From NCBI GenBank assembly GCA_951406725.2, contig OX597830.1, forward strand, positions 77,562,001 to 77,626,000: 64,000 bases of DNA, given 5' to 3'. This document shows positions 42,919-56,517 of the stretch, one piece after another. A program made the position numbers and the translations under genes. The stretch comes from Octopus vulgaris. Lineage: Eukaryota. The notes beneath the pieces are model-generated. The model saw nothing but the letters and a program-made list of their open reading frames with translations. It made no database searches and was not told where the DNA came from. Every line of letters starts with the position of its first letter. Position 1 is the stretch's first letter.

Positions 42919-43539
42919 CATATATTTATACTTTAGTATATATGATGGAAGTTTATTAATGCCGTACTGTACAAAGAGCCAGTAAACTATTCTGAAATTA
43001 TTATTCGTATTTGAAATTTCTATTCGTAAATTAGTGCGGATTATAAGAAGGTCGGATCCAGAATATCAGTGTACTTCTTTCTTTCATTGGAGTGCAGCCT
43101 TGCTGGGTAATCACTTTGGATAATTTAATTGAAGAAGTCACCCCAGGACTTCTTTTATTCTGGTACCGCTAAGACACGGAAGCATAAAAATAAAAACCAA
43201 TTCTGGTTTCAAGTGGCAGGAAAAGGGAACAAACAAAAATACAGGACCCACCTCAGACACACACACTTATAGACACGACGGACAACCATATTTTTCATTT
43301 ACCAAATTATCTCACAAGGCATTGCTTGGCCTGGGGTCTATAGTTGGAGACGTTTGCCCAACCTACAGTCCGTAGTGGGGCTGAAGCCAAAATTAAGTTA
43401 TTCAATGATTGAAACAAATAAAACGATAAAAATATACACAGGTGCGTGTTTCTCTCTCTCTCTCTCCCTCTCTGTGTTTGACACGTCACTGTTCGACAAC
43501 CGTTGTTGGTTTGTTTGCATTCCCATAATCTAGCGTCTG

Positions 43540-44391
43540 AATAAATCCATTTTAATCATCAGTTGATTCACATGAATTTTCGTATTCAGCAATAATATTA
43601 GTGAACTGAAGAAAAAAGTTTATTGAAAGTTTCAATTAAGTTAGAAGTTTGCAAAAAAGCTAATTGTTGTTTTTCTTTCTCTCTCAATGCAATACCTGGA
43701 TCTTTTTGTCACGTAAATATGATTACTCTTATGTCATAAATAAATGAAATAATTATAATTTGACATAATATCACAAAAATAAGCATTATTCTTATTAGAC
43801 CACTCATTAATAATTTTCGATGCTGTTTGTGGTTTTTGAAACAAATTATGAAAAAACTCATTAGTTTTCTTAGCAAAGGTAAAATATCGCTTAACACCTG
43901 TCCCCATGATAAACTGCATATTTAAGATTGTTATACAAACTACCTCCTCATCCGATTTTAATATGTTACAGAACTGACGTTTATGTGTTACGTTTACACA
44001 AATACTCTGTATTTTACTCATGGTTTCCTTAAAATAGTATGTTTAACAAAGATACGTATACCCGAGGGAAAATTTTATGAGTGTAAATGGAAATAATAAC
44101 ATTTGCAGTTGGAAATACTATTTTTATTTGTACAACAATATATCCTACGTGTATTTATTGATTTCTAATAATTTCTTGGAGATTCGAACGTGAATATCTG
44201 CTCGCGATCAGACATTTATGTTCGAATCTGCTACAAGTGACACTCCCTGGACCCTAAGTAAGGCATGTGTAAAATTTGAATGAAATTGCTTGTGCAGTTC
44301 TCAAGTTTTAAGGATTCACACAGACAGACATTCTCAGTTTTATATATATAGATATACATATGTGTATATGTGTATATATATATATGCATAA

Positions 44392-44435
<44 letters not shown>

Positions 44436-44849
44436 GCACAAATAAGCATTGGATTCAGTAATCAATATAAGTAGGGAGAGCTGAGTAAGCAGACGGACTT
44501 CAAAGAAGAAACCCCTCTCTCCGCGTCACGCAAGGGTTTTGGCCATTAACTCCTTATATTCTGAAAGGACACGTTAATGTTCAGATTCTCCATGCTCGTC
44601 GTGTACCACATGAATAAGTATCTTTCACGAGTTTTCCTTTAACGGAATGGGATTCATAATTAGTATACATACTCATGAAATTACCTTAAATTTAGTTCCC
44701 CCTTAAGGGGATCAATCTAAAAGTTGCTTGCGATATAGATACCACGTGTCCTGCCTGTAAGAGTACCGAAAGTGATTATGTTTCCGTAGCAATTTAATAT
44801 ACAAATATATATATATATAGAGAGAGAGAGAGTTAGATAGATAGATACA

Positions 44850-44935
<86 letters not shown>

Positions 44936-45332
44936 TCAGTAAATGGTGGGGTTGTGTTAACCGCACTTGGAGAAATGATAGGAGTGGAAAAAATAATAAG
45001 GCAGAATGCTAAATTGAAAGTAAATTTTAATAAAAATGGCTGTATGAAAAATTAAATGAAAAAAGAAAAATGTAATCAAACTGGCTTTCATTGCAAGGCA
45101 AATTTTCAAGATTTGGAAGGGTAAAATTTTTTTCTTAAATTGTGGAAGGGGAAAAGAAAAATTTACAATGTTTCAAAAAAATATTAAATAGATACAAAAA
45201 TTAATAAATATGTATACCAATACATTGTAGTGTTTATGCTTTTAGTGTTCAATAATAGTCCTTGGAAAAACCTCTTTGGAGGATTAGGATGCATGTGTTT
45301 AATTATAATGTTTTGTTTGAAAAGGTTGGGTG
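43540..45332 (-). repeat. Right arm of the large inverted duplication (with Helitron and microsatellite insertions)
   Basis: Collinear reverse-complement similarity to 39722-41122. Confidence 0.9.
44234..44352 (-). mobile_element. 5' fragment of the same Helitron family
   Basis: Matches 30095-30221; present in only one arm of the large inverted duplication. Confidence 0.7.
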
Positions 45333-46038
45333 TTTGTGTGTCAAAACAGGAAATGGGGTAGGAGTTATCCAGTTCCTGTGAATAAGGGGAGACAATTCTG
45401 GTTTTGGTCTTAAAATGACCGTGAAGACCTTCTCTAATCATTTCATGGGTAAAATTATTTATTTCTGTATGCATTTGAAAGATGAAACAATGACTGCGTC
45501 TCCTATTTTGTAGAATATCCCTGTACTACGAAACGGTGTATCGCATCGCATATTTTAGCCTTAATACCATGAAAAAACATACAGAGACCCCACAAAGCTA
45601 TTGTTTGTGTTTTGATATTCCAAGGCAATCATCTTTAAAAGGTAAGTAAGACAAGATAGTAAGATAATAGCCCATTATCGATACGATGGTAACGGGGAAT
45701 ATTAGAAAATGAGCCATAACACCTCAAAAAATGATACAGGGGCTACACTGAACTTATTGATTGAGCAAATGTGCTCTCGTCCGAGTTTGGGTGAGCGAAC
45801 GTCGTGTCATCAGCATCGAGGTACAATTTTTTCAGCCGGATTTTCGACCTTATTGCAAGCCTCGCCGGTTCTTTCACCCGACTTTTTCGGATTTTAGACT
45901 TCGAGACAAAAATAAAAGGATATAGTAACCTCGAAAATGGCTGGAATGGCGCCAACGACACCCTGTTACTAAATGCTTCAAATGATGTTATAAATACATT
46001 ACCATACACACACTCGTATACACTCATACATATATATA

Positions 46039-46437
46039 GGCGCAGGAGTGGCTGTGTGGTAAGTAGCTTGCTAACCAACAACATGGTTCTGGGTTCAGTC
46101 CCACTGCGTGGCATCTTGGGCAAGTGTCTTCTGCTATAGCCCCGGGCCGACCAATGCCTTGTGAGTGGATTTGGTAGACGGAAACTGAAAGAAGCCTGTC
46201 GTATATATGTATATATATGTATATATGTGTATGTGTGTGTGTTTGTCCCCCTAGCATTGCTTGACAACTGATACTGGTGTGTTTACATCCCCGTCACTTA
46301 GCGGTTCGGCAAAAGAGACCGATAGAATAAGTACTGGGCTTACAAAGAATAAATCCCGGGTCGATTTGCTCGACTAAAGGCGGTGCTCCAGCATGGCCGT
46401 AGTCAAATGACTGAAACAAGTAAAAGAGTAAAAGAGT
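46039..46437 (+). mobile_element. SINE family A (young copy)
   Basis: Full head to (GTAAAAGA)n tail. Confidence 0.9.
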
Positions 46438-46889
46438 ATATACATACACTCATACACAAACACTCATACACACGTACGCACACACTGATACACACAGTCA
46501 TGCACGCACGTGTAGTGTCCATGCTAATATTTGTTGTACCCCTTTGGATTCAAAAGTTAATGGGTTCATATTGGTGATGATGTGGGTTGCATTGGTTTCG
46601 ATGTTAGTGGTGGTGGGCAAGTATTGTTGGCGGTGTTGTGGTTATATTGATCTTGCTAATTGTATTGTGTCTAGTCTAATTGTATTGTGTCTAGTATTGT
46701 GTCTAGTAGACCTAAGAATGATTATTTTATTTAGCTTTTAAAAATACAGTAAAAAACACCACATTATACGTTCTTATAAAAAAGTGGATTTGGTTATCTA
46801 CTTCATACTTTTGCTGATAGTCGTTGTGTTCATGTTGATGATAGGTGCACTCATGCAAACAAACATACATATGAACACATTTAAACATG

Positions 46890-46899
46890 AAAAAAAAAA
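46890..46899 (-). terminator. RNA polymerase III oligo(T) terminator of the tRNA-Gln gene
   Basis: Run of 10 T on the minus strand, 7 nt downstream of the tRNA 3' end. Confidence 0.8.
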
Positions 46900-46906
46900 C
46901 CAAGTC

Positions 46907-46978
46907 AGGTTCTACCGAGACTCGAACTCGGATCGCTGGATTCAGAGTCCAGAGTGCTAACCATTACACCATAGAACC
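46907..46978 (-). tRNA. tRNA-Gln, anticodon CTG
   Basis: Reverse complement GGTTCTATGGTGTAATGGTTAGCACTCTGGACTCTGAATCCAGCGATCCGAGTTCGAGTCTCGGTAGAACCT: 72 nt, 7-bp acceptor stem, A box, anticodon loop CTCTGAA, GTTCGA T loop. Confidence 0.96.
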
Positions 46979-47269
46979 CTTGCACATTATCTACCTTATA
47001 TATATCTTACATATACATGTGTGTATGTATGTCCGTGTATGTGTATAACGTGATGACAGTGTTAAAAATCGTTAACTATATACTTTGATCTTCACTAAAA
47101 CACAGATCGCGATTAAGCTAACAAGAAAGTATTATTTTAAATTGCTAACAATTTAGAACTACGCAATACGAGTTTCCGTAAGAGCGAATTTACAAACCGT
47201 GTCCCGAAATTAATGGTCGTACATTATACTTTCCGTAACTACGAAATCCCGTAAACCGAGGAAGCCGTA

Positions 47270-47568
47270 ACTTATTCTTTGTAAGCCTAGTACTTATTCT
47301 ATTGGACTCTTTTGCTGAACTGCTAAGTTACGGGGACGTTTGTCAAGTGATGTTGGGGGGGGGGGAGCAAACACAGACACATAAACATATACACATACAT
47401 ATATATATATATATATACATACATACGGGCTTCTTTCAATTTCCGTCTACCAAATCCACTCATAAGGCTTTAGTCGACCCGAGGCTATAGTAGAAGACAC
47501 TTGCCCAAGGTGAACCCGGAACCATGTGGCTGGTAAGCAAGCTATTTACCACACAGCCACTTCTAAGC
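47270..47568 (-). mobile_element. SINE family A with internal deletions
   Basis: Reverse-complement match to family A. Confidence 0.8.
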
Positions 47569-47571
47569 CTA

Positions 47572-48862
47572 TTAGATTGAAAACAAAGCCCACTGGCATT
47601 TTTGACACTTTGATTGTATATTTTCAATACTTACCTTATAACATGCATTTAATTTATGTTTAGAGCAGCCCCGTATTAGACACTACATGCAGTATGAACT
47701 CAAATGGAGTTCTCCAGTAATGGAAGCGGTAATGGAAGCGGCAAGAAATATTCACCCTGTGTGCGGCAATGAAGCTTGAAGATTCTGGGAATGTTAACAT
47801 GGCCAGTTTCGCTCGGAAATTTTTTATCTTGCAAATTACTCTCGATTTGTACAATGAAGTTCTGTCCCTATTGACATTCTGAAAGCCTAAGCTGAAGAAA
47901 ATCCGAAACAGACTTCGAAAGAAATAGCAAAACACTTCATATCACACTTCGATCATAAAACACTTAGGATTAAGGAAAGGTGTCTAAATTTGGTCAGTGG
48001 GACACTCAGCATCTGACTGCTTCTCGGCTTAATGAAATTGTTGTCCTATGCTCATCACTGAAGAGTAGACATGCTACCATATTTCTCCTGCACAGAATCA
48101 TTACAAGGGAAGAAAAGTAGGTTCTCTCTACTCATATCTATAGAAACGAAAGCGAATAGCACCCTATGAAAAAACAAGGAGTTAAACCAAATCGACAGAG
48201 TTCGTACAGAAAAGTATTGTCGTCTTAAGGCGGCGAGTTGGCAGAAGCGTCAGCGCGCCAGGCGAAATACTTAGCGGTATTTCGTCTGCCGTTACGTTCT
48301 GAGGTCAAATTCCGCCGAGGTCAACTTTGCCTTTCACCCTTTCGGGGTCGATTAAATAAGTACCAGTTACGCACTGGGGTCGATATAATCGACTTAATCC
48401 GTTTGTCTGTCCTTGTTTGTCCTCTCTGTGTTTAGCCCCTTGTGGGTAGTAAAGAAATAGGTATTTCGTCTGCCGCTACGTTCTGAGTTCAAAGTTCATC
48501 CTTTCGGGGTCGATTATGTAAGTACCAGTTACGCACTGGGTTCGATATAATCGACGTTAATCCGTTTGTCTGTCCTTGTCTGTCCCCTCTGTGTTTAGCC
48601 CCTTGTGGGTAGTAAAGAAATAAGAAAAGTATTGTCGTCAGTTAGAATCATTTGCAGTAAAAATGCTCACCATTTATCAATAACAAATAGATGCGGCACT
48701 TATACGATAATGCAAGACCACATATTGCCCAAGTCACGCGAAAAAAACTATAGAAGTTTTGCCTTTTTGTCTCACCATCCTCACTCTCCTGGCCTTGCTA
48801 CGGGTGAGTATTATCTTTGCAGATCATTGCAAAATTCTTTAGAGGGAAAACAATTCCCATGA
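47572..48862 (+). mobile_element. Second, more decayed mariner transposon, interrupted by a SINE and truncated by the PLE
   Basis: Fragments EAARNIH, ENPKQTSKEIA, SKFGQWDTQHL, LHRIIT..EEK, YDNARPH, HPHSPGLATGEYYLCRSLQNSLEGKQF; TA-TTAGATTG start resembles a mariner TIR. Confidence 0.8.
48229..48622 (+). mobile_element. SINE family B, partial tandem dimer with 17-bp TSD
   Basis: Head GGCGGCGAGTTGGCAGAAG..; core GCCTTTCA(T/C)CCTTTCGGGGTCGAT..AAGTACCAG; TSD AGAAAAGTATTGTCGTC at 48208-48224 and 48623-48639. Confidence 0.92.
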
Positions 48863-48863
48863 C

Positions 48864-50140
48864 TTTTAAGATCACAGTCCGTATTTCTGCGATGATTACA
48901 GTGTAGTCCATAGTATCTGTGGGCATTCGGTTGATCATCATCATTGATTCATTTCTTCAGGCGATATAACATTAGTGGATGAATCACCGAGGGATGTCTT
49001 TGCCTTTTTATCAGTATGAAGTTCAAGCGAGTTATGTAGGCATTTCCGTGTGTATTAGGTGGGGAGGAGTAGAAGGTGATGGGAATAGAGGAAGAAATGG
49101 TTGTTATATGGGGATGGAGGTGTATGCGGTGGTGTTGGATTTATTTTACTATGCATTCCTTATCATGCAGTTGTTGTTAAAGCTGCATTCCTTTTTACGA
49201 CTGAAGTTACACATATTATTATTTTCTTGGCGATTATAAATTAACAACTGCATGATAAGGAATGTAGTGAGGTGAAGATAGATGCGCAGAAATACGTGTA
49301 CATTGGTGGCACCGGGGACACATGAAATACTGTCTGAGAAACCATCACTCATCATTTTCTAATATAAATAAGGGATACTCCACATCTCTATCGAGACTCA
49401 TCTGGAGACTAAAATAGATTGGAGTGAAACATACGACCAAGTGGTCCGTTAAAAAAGACATGTTGCACCATATCACAGGTATGCAATCAATGCCTGGAAG
49501 AAATTCTAGAAATAATCACATCCAAGGAAAACATGATGAATAGGCACTCTGAGATGATCATATCATGTAAATATAGGAACAAAACATCATTCATGGAGTT
49601 TGAAAATATTTTGAAAAGAAAATAATACACTATAGAAAAGAGAAAAAACCCAAACAAATAAACAAACAAACCAATATTTGAAATGCTATACACCAACAAA
49701 AACCCTGAAAAGGTCCCATAAGAAAGTAGCATTTATCAATTCAATCAACAAACACCAATGTAGCAGCAACACTTGACCGCCTCTAGTGTTCAGAATTTAT
49801 TGGAAGATAGTCGAGAATGTACTACTCATCCTTAACATCTGCGGAATGAATAACAAAATATATCCAACACCACCAGACACACCTCCATCCCCATATAACA
49901 ACCACTCCTTCCTCTTTTCTCATCACCTTCTTCTCCTCCCCACCTAATACACACATAAATGTCCACATAACTTGCTTGGCCTTCATACTGGTGAAAAGAG
50001 AAAAACATCCTTCTGTGGTTCATCTACTAATGTTATATCGCCTGAAGAAATGAATCAACGATGATGATGATCAACCGGACACTCATGGATACAAAGGACT
50101 ACACTGTAATCATCCCAGGAATACGGACTGTGATCTTAAA
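48864..50140 (+). mobile_element. Penelope-like element: GIY-YIG endonuclease remnant, 3' pseudo-LTR and 5' inverted pseudo-LTR copy
   Basis: 49262-49626 translates with frameshifts to KYVYIGGT..MKYCLRNHHSSF..STSLSRLIWRLK..KWSV..CNQCLEE..MNRHSEMIISCKYRNK. 48864-49160 is an inverted, diverged copy of 49841-50140. Confidence 0.85.
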
Positions 50141-50207
50141 GATAATATGATTTGTGGAAACGCGCGTAGTGATGCGTTAGATGTTTATAAATTCCATCTC
50201 AGGATTA

Positions 50208-50290
<83 letters not shown>

Positions 50291-50327
50291 ATTACTATTA
50301 TTATTATCATTATTATTATTATTTTTA

Positions 50328-50388
<61 letters not shown>

Positions 50389-50786
50389 CATCGTCATTGT
50401 TATTATACACACACACACATACACACACACATACACAAGTATATAGATCCATAATTTAAACAAATGATTAATAACACATCCTTACATTATTCATAAATGG
50501 CCAACGAGCTTGATACTTGGGGACAAAGCAAATTACACTTAATTATAGAATAACTACCGAAGGGAAGTGACTTTGTACGGTAGCAGTTAATGGCAACTAC
50601 ACAGCGGAAGAGTGAATGACAATCAACTCCGGAAAACTTGTAAAGAGTGAATTAGCTTACCTAAGTGAAAAATAACTCTTCTTACAATTCCTGCCTCAAC
50701 TCTAAACCTCAGATCATTCTATAATTTCTCAAAACCTCATTTTGTTTACCTAAACAACGGCATATACATACTTACAAATGGATGGA

Positions 50787-51169
50787 TGGAAGCACTCCGT
50801 CGGTTACGACGACGAGGGTTCCGGTTGATCCGATCAACGGAACAGCCTACTCGTGAAATTAACGTGTAAGTGGCTGAGCACTCCACAGACACGTGTACCC
50901 TTAACGTGGTTCTCGGGGATATTCAGCGTGACACAGAGAGTGACAAGGCCGGCCCTTTGAAATACAAGTACAACAGAAACAGGAAGTAAGAGTGAGAGAA
51001 AGTTGTGGGGAAAGAGTACAGCAGGGATCACCACCATCCCTGCCGGAGCCTCGTGGAGCTTTAGTTGTTTTCGCTCAATAAACACTCACAACGCCCGGTC
51101 TGGGAATCGAAACCGCGATCCTACGACCGCGAGTCCGCTGCCCTAACCACTGGGCCATTGCGCCTCCAC
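50787..51169 (-). mobile_element. SINE family C
   Basis: Nearly identical to 31780-32166. Confidence 0.9.
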
Positions 51170-51230
51170 ACTTACAAATATACATACTAATATGCATGCA
51201 TGCATAGAAGCATACACACACGCACATATA

Positions 51231-51650
51231 GGTCCAAGCATGGCTGTATGGTAAGAAGCTTACTTCTCAACCACATGGTGCCGGGTTCAGTCCCACTGCA
51301 TGGCACCTTGAGCAAGTGTCTTCTACTATAGCCTCTGACGGATCAAAGCTTTGTGAGTGAAGTTGGAAGTCGGAAACTAAATGAAGCCCGTCATATATAC
51401 ATATGTGAGTGCGTGTGTGTGTGTATTCATGTCTGTGTGTCTCTGTGTTTGACCCGCCGCCGTCACTTGACAACCGGTGTTGGTGTGTTTATGTCCCCGT
51501 AAATTATCGATTCGGCAAAAGAAACCAATAGAATAAATATTAGGCTTACTTACAAAGAATAAATATTGGCGGAGTCAATTTCTTCGGCTAAAAGCCTTAA
51601 GGCGGTACTCCAGTATGATCGCAGTCAAATAACTGAAGCAAGTAAAATAA
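51231..51650 (+). mobile_element. SINE family A (diverged)
   Basis: Family A head, body and tail. Confidence 0.8.
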
Positions 51651-52794
51651 TACACTCACACACATTGATTTAATATAATTAACACTGGCATTACATTGTA
51701 TTATTCATCTATTTATCAGCTTGCTTCGCTTCACTTTCATTACGTATGTAACAATATTTATTTATATAACTGCATGTTATATATAAACAAAGAATATACT
51801 TCTTTCGTTTGGCTTGCATTAAAAGAATGACAGTAACGTGAACGAGATGGGCTCAATTTTTGACGAGGCATAAACGTAAACAGGATAACAGCATTTACGA
51901 TATTGTTTTTAGTAATGAATAATAACTGTATTAAAAATGCATCGTAACGGATGTACATATACATATGTTTATATTAAATTTATTGGCAGTATTTCGGTAG
52001 CCATTTTTCATTCCTTTATAATTGCACATTCTTTTAACATAATTACGTTTTATCTGATAGCTCTACCTTATGTTTTCCATTATTGATGTTAGAGCTTCAT
52101 TCATGTTGCATGTCTTGCCAGCATTCTTCCCACGTGCATGCTATATTTACACTTACGTATATACACTCTAGCAATGTATGATGCAATGGTATCAAACCAA
52201 TGTACAACATGCTATCTTAAAGATAGCGTATTCGCATTAATATAGTGTGTTGATATATATATATATGTATGAATGTCTGTATATCTGTATGTGTTTGTGC
52301 GTGTGTATGTATGTGTGTATAAATATATTTTTTTGTAAGTAACACTAAAGTTTGAAGTTGTAGAATTTGTCCCACTTTATAAGACTTACTCTCCAAATCA
52401 TTTGACACGAGTTTTCTATATTAACCAACAGCGTTTCTACTTTTTACTGCAACAGCATCTCTACTTAGTTGTTTGTTTGTCCTTTGTATTTGAAAGTTTT
52501 TTAATACTTAACCAATGTTTTAATGTTCACTAATTTCGACGATGTGCCGTGCATTGCAATATCTGTAAGAGATTTCCTCCTCCTTATTGTAGCCCGAACA
52601 ATTCTTTTGAAGTGAATTGCTGCCATATAATAGAACAATGACACTTCTGTTTGATTTGATTTTTTTTTTTCACCAAGACCAATAAAAATCTTTCTCTCCA
52701 AATTTTCAAAGTTCTCACTTACTTGCTGGAGTTGTTTATCTTTTAGTGTTCAGACTTTCATTCTGCTTATTTTCCTTGTCTCATAATATTTTAA

Positions 52795-53212
52795 TACTCT
52801 GTTACTCTTTTTACTCTTTTACTTGTTTCAGTCATTTGACTGCGGTCATGCTGGAGCACCGCCTTTAGTCGAGAAAATCGACACCAAGACTTATTCTTTG
52901 TAAGCCTAGTACTTATTCTATCGGTCTCTTTTGCTGAACCACTAAGTTACGGGGACGTAAACACACAGCATCGGTTGTCAAGCGATGTTGGGAGGGACAA
53001 ACACAGACACACAAACACACACACGCATATATATATATATAAATACATATATACGACAGGCTTCTTTCAGTTTCCGTCTACCAAATCCCCTCACAAGGCT
53101 TTGGTCGGCACGAGGCTATAGTAGAAGACACTTGATCAAGGTGCCACGCAGTGGGACTGAACTCAGAACTATGTGGTTGGTAAACAAGCTACATACCACA
53201 CAGCCACTCCTC
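52795..53212 (-). mobile_element. SINE family A
   Basis: Reverse-complement match to family A. Confidence 0.88.
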
Positions 53213-53598
53213 AAATGATCCGCCCAGCATCGCAACATTCATAAGAAATTTCGATGTTACTTTAACGTGCGGTCTGCCGCAGCATCTTTAGTCTACGCTG
53301 TGAAATGGCCTTAAGGTTAGGATTAGGAAGACTTTGAAATTCCAGATGGAATATTCGGAAGGCCAAGGTGTGTTGGTGCCGCCTGTTGTTCATCATGAAC
53401 TACTCCAATGAGTTATAATTGTATAGTAGTTTGGGAGTGAAAAATATAAATTTCTTCTTTTCGTCTTGTTTTGGCATCTTATTTAATTATCAACTTTTTC
53501 GAGTAGCTGTTTCAACAGTAACTGTCATTATTGACGGGCCGGATGTCGAAGATATATGTGTGTGTACGCGGGCATGCGCAAGTGTATGTGTGTGTATA

Positions 53599-53790
53599 TC
53601 TTTATATATAAAAGTGAAGTTGTGTGTCTGTCTCCTACGATTTAGATTCCTAACTACTCTCACATTTTGCGGTGCAGTTTAACCAAAGCCGGGTATCTTA
53701 TAGTCGTAATTCATTTCGAGCCCTTCTGGGTATTAGCGCGCGTCTACGATGAGTCTACGATTTAAAAAAAAATTTGCCATCATTTTTTTC
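53599..53790 (+). mobile_element. Probable Helitron 5' fragment (second family)
   Basis: A|TCTTTATATATAAAAGTGAAGTTGTGTGTCTGTC start, like the other Helitron 5' end; no 3' CTAG end seen. Confidence 0.45.
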
Positions 53791-54189
53791 CAGTCAAATG
53801 ACTGAAACAAGTAAAAAACAAAATGAGAGAGAGTCGATCTGAGCCCTGCAAGCGAAATTGGATTGAGGAAAAAGCGTCAGATTGAGGGAAAAGCGTTATA
53901 TCAAAAGTATAGCCTTGTCATGTGCTGTATAACAACTAGTCTTCTTGAGACTAGCGTTAAAGGTACAAATGTATGCGGAGTACTCAGTCACCTATACGTT
54001 AATTCAAGGAGCAGATGTTCTGCTGATCGAAACATCTGAATCGTTCATCGTCAAAACCGGCGAAAAACCAATTTTCTGTTTCATATACGTCTGTGAGTGT
54101 GCGTGTGTGTATAAAAATATGTGTCTATGTACATGTATCTCTCCCTCTTCCACTTTCTCCTCTCCACTCCCTCTTTCTCTGTCTCTATG

Positions 54190-54221
<32 letters not shown>

Positions 54222-54559
54222 GATAGATATAAATATAAATATATAGATATACATATAAGAGAGCAAAGTATACATACATATATATACATATATATATATA
54301 TACATATACATACACACACATATACATACATACATACATACATAAAATAAAACACACATACAAAATATACACATGCACAAAATACACACACACATACACA
54401 CACACACATATATATAAATATATATATATCTGTATATACATATATGTACACACACACACACCAAATCATACATACATTTAAGCCATGGAATGATTAATGA
54501 CATATAGTCGTGTCTGATTTAATGTGGTTTTGTTGTTGTTGTTGTTAGTGATGTGCTAG

Positions 54560-55320
54560 CTACACTCATTATTGCTGTTGTTGTTGTTGTTGTTGTTGTT
54601 GCTGTTGCTACAATTGCTTTGTTGTTGTTGTTGTTGGTGTTGGTTATGCTATTGCAAGTTGATGGTGCTTGTGATGGCGGCCTGTGGTAGTGGTGTTGTT
54701 GTTGTTGGTGGTGGTGGTGTTAGTAATATTTCGTGTAGAGGTAGTGGTGGTGGAAATTGTTGTAGTGGGATTAGTGTAGGTGGTAGTGGTGATAGTGGTG
54801 GTGGTGGTGATGGTGGTGGTGGTGGTGATGGTAGTGGTGGTGGTGATGGTGGCAGTAACTGGTGGTAGTGGTAGTGTTGGTGGTGGTGGTAGTGGTGGTG
54901 GTAGTGGTGATAGTAATGGTGGTAGTGTTGGTGGTGCTTGTAGTGGTGGAAAAAATGCAGTGGCGGTGGTGGTGGTTGTGGTGAAAGTGTTGCTAGAGCT
55001 GGTAGTGTTTATTGTGGTGGTGGTGGTTGTGGTAGTTGTGGTGGTGGTGGTGGTGGTGGTAGTAGTGTTGGGGTAGGGGTAGGGGTGCTGGTAGTGTAGT
55101 GGTGGTAGTAATGGCTGTGGAGAGTGGATGACGGCGGTAACCGTTGTAGTGGTTGTGGTTTTGGTGGTGGCAACAATTATAGTGGTGGTAATCGTGGTGA
55201 CTGTGGTGGTAGTTTTAGTAGTGGCAGTGGTGATGATAACTGTAGTGGTGGTAGTCGTTTACAAGTCTATTGTTGTTGCTGCTGTTATTAACGTTGCTGG
55301 TTATAACGGATGTTCTTGTT
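54560..55320. repeat. Degenerate (GTT)/(GGT)/(AGT) tract
   Basis: Direct reading. Confidence 0.9.
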
Positions 55321-55385
55321 GATGTTAACGTTGTAGTTGGTAGTGATAGTGTTGCTCTTAATATTGTTGTTCTTAGCATTGCTGT

Positions 55386-55780
55386 CTCTTACTCTTTACT
55401 CTTTACTCTTTTACTTGTTTCAATCATGTGACTGTGGCCATGCTGGAGCAACGCCTTTAGTCGAGCAAATCTAACCCAGGACTTATTCTTTGTAAGTCTA
55501 GTACTTATTCTATCGGTTTCTTTTGCCGAACCGCTAAGTTAAGGAGACGTAAACACACCAGCATCGGTTATCAAGCGATGTTGGGGGAACAAACACAGAC
55601 ACACAAACATACATATATAAGACGGGTTTCTCTCAGTTTCCGTCTACCATATCCACTCACAAGGCTTTGGTCGGCCCGAGGCTTTGGTAGAATACACTTG
55701 CCCAAGGTGCCACGCAGTGGGACTGAACCTGTAACCATGTGGTTCGTAAGCAAGCTACTTATCACACAGCCACTCCTACG
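55386..55780 (-). mobile_element. SINE family A
   Basis: Reverse-complement match to family A. Confidence 0.88.
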
Positions 55781-56517
55781 CTGATGTTTTCTTCTTTTAA
55801 ATCTCAGGTGAAACCCGATGGAGTAAACATATGACCAAAGCCATCAACCAGTCATCCACGACCATCCTCTATGACTACCTCGCGAAACACTCATTCCTTT
55901 ATTGAAGAGGGTAGACTTAGCTGTAGAGTTAGAGCTGTTATTTCTAGCACCCTAACTACTTCTGCATAGTCTAGCCAATAAAGAGACAACCTTTTCATGC
56001 ACAGACAACCTTTTCAGAGAAACGGGCCGCAAGAGACATAACTCACTCATCATCAGGTGGGCCGCACTATTTAAAAAATTCTTTAGTAGTGCTATTCAGA
56101 AAGTGCCGAGTGATGCAGTTTGCCCTTGACTGTATGAGCGTTTGACCAGCAAGTTATAGCAAAGAAATACTCTCAAATTATACCTTACTCGAGAAAGATA
56201 CGTTAGACATGTAGTGCTAGATGTACAAAAAAAAAGCCAGGACCTGTAAGCATTGACCTGAGGTTAAGAAGTTCGTTTCACAAACGCTTGGTTTTTGGTT
56301 CAGTGCCACTGGGCAGCATATGAGGCAAAAATCTTCTATTATAACTTCGAAGTGACTTCATGTTTTGTGAGCTGTACTTGGTTGATGAAGACTGTACAGA
56401 AGCCTGTCGTAGATACATATATTTATGTGTGTGAGTATGTGTGTATATCTGAGTGAGTGTGTGTTGCTGTGTATGTGTATGTACATATGTGTGCCACTAG
56501 CTATGCATATATATATA

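Noticed and set aside
43734-44021. 95-aa ORF in the inverted duplication
   Set aside because: The frame is not preserved in the other arm and no domain is recognisable.
48979-50023. Pair of similar ORFs (MNHRGMS.. / MNHRRMF..) as duplicated genes
   Set aside because: They are antisense readings of the two inverted pseudo-LTR arms of the PLE.
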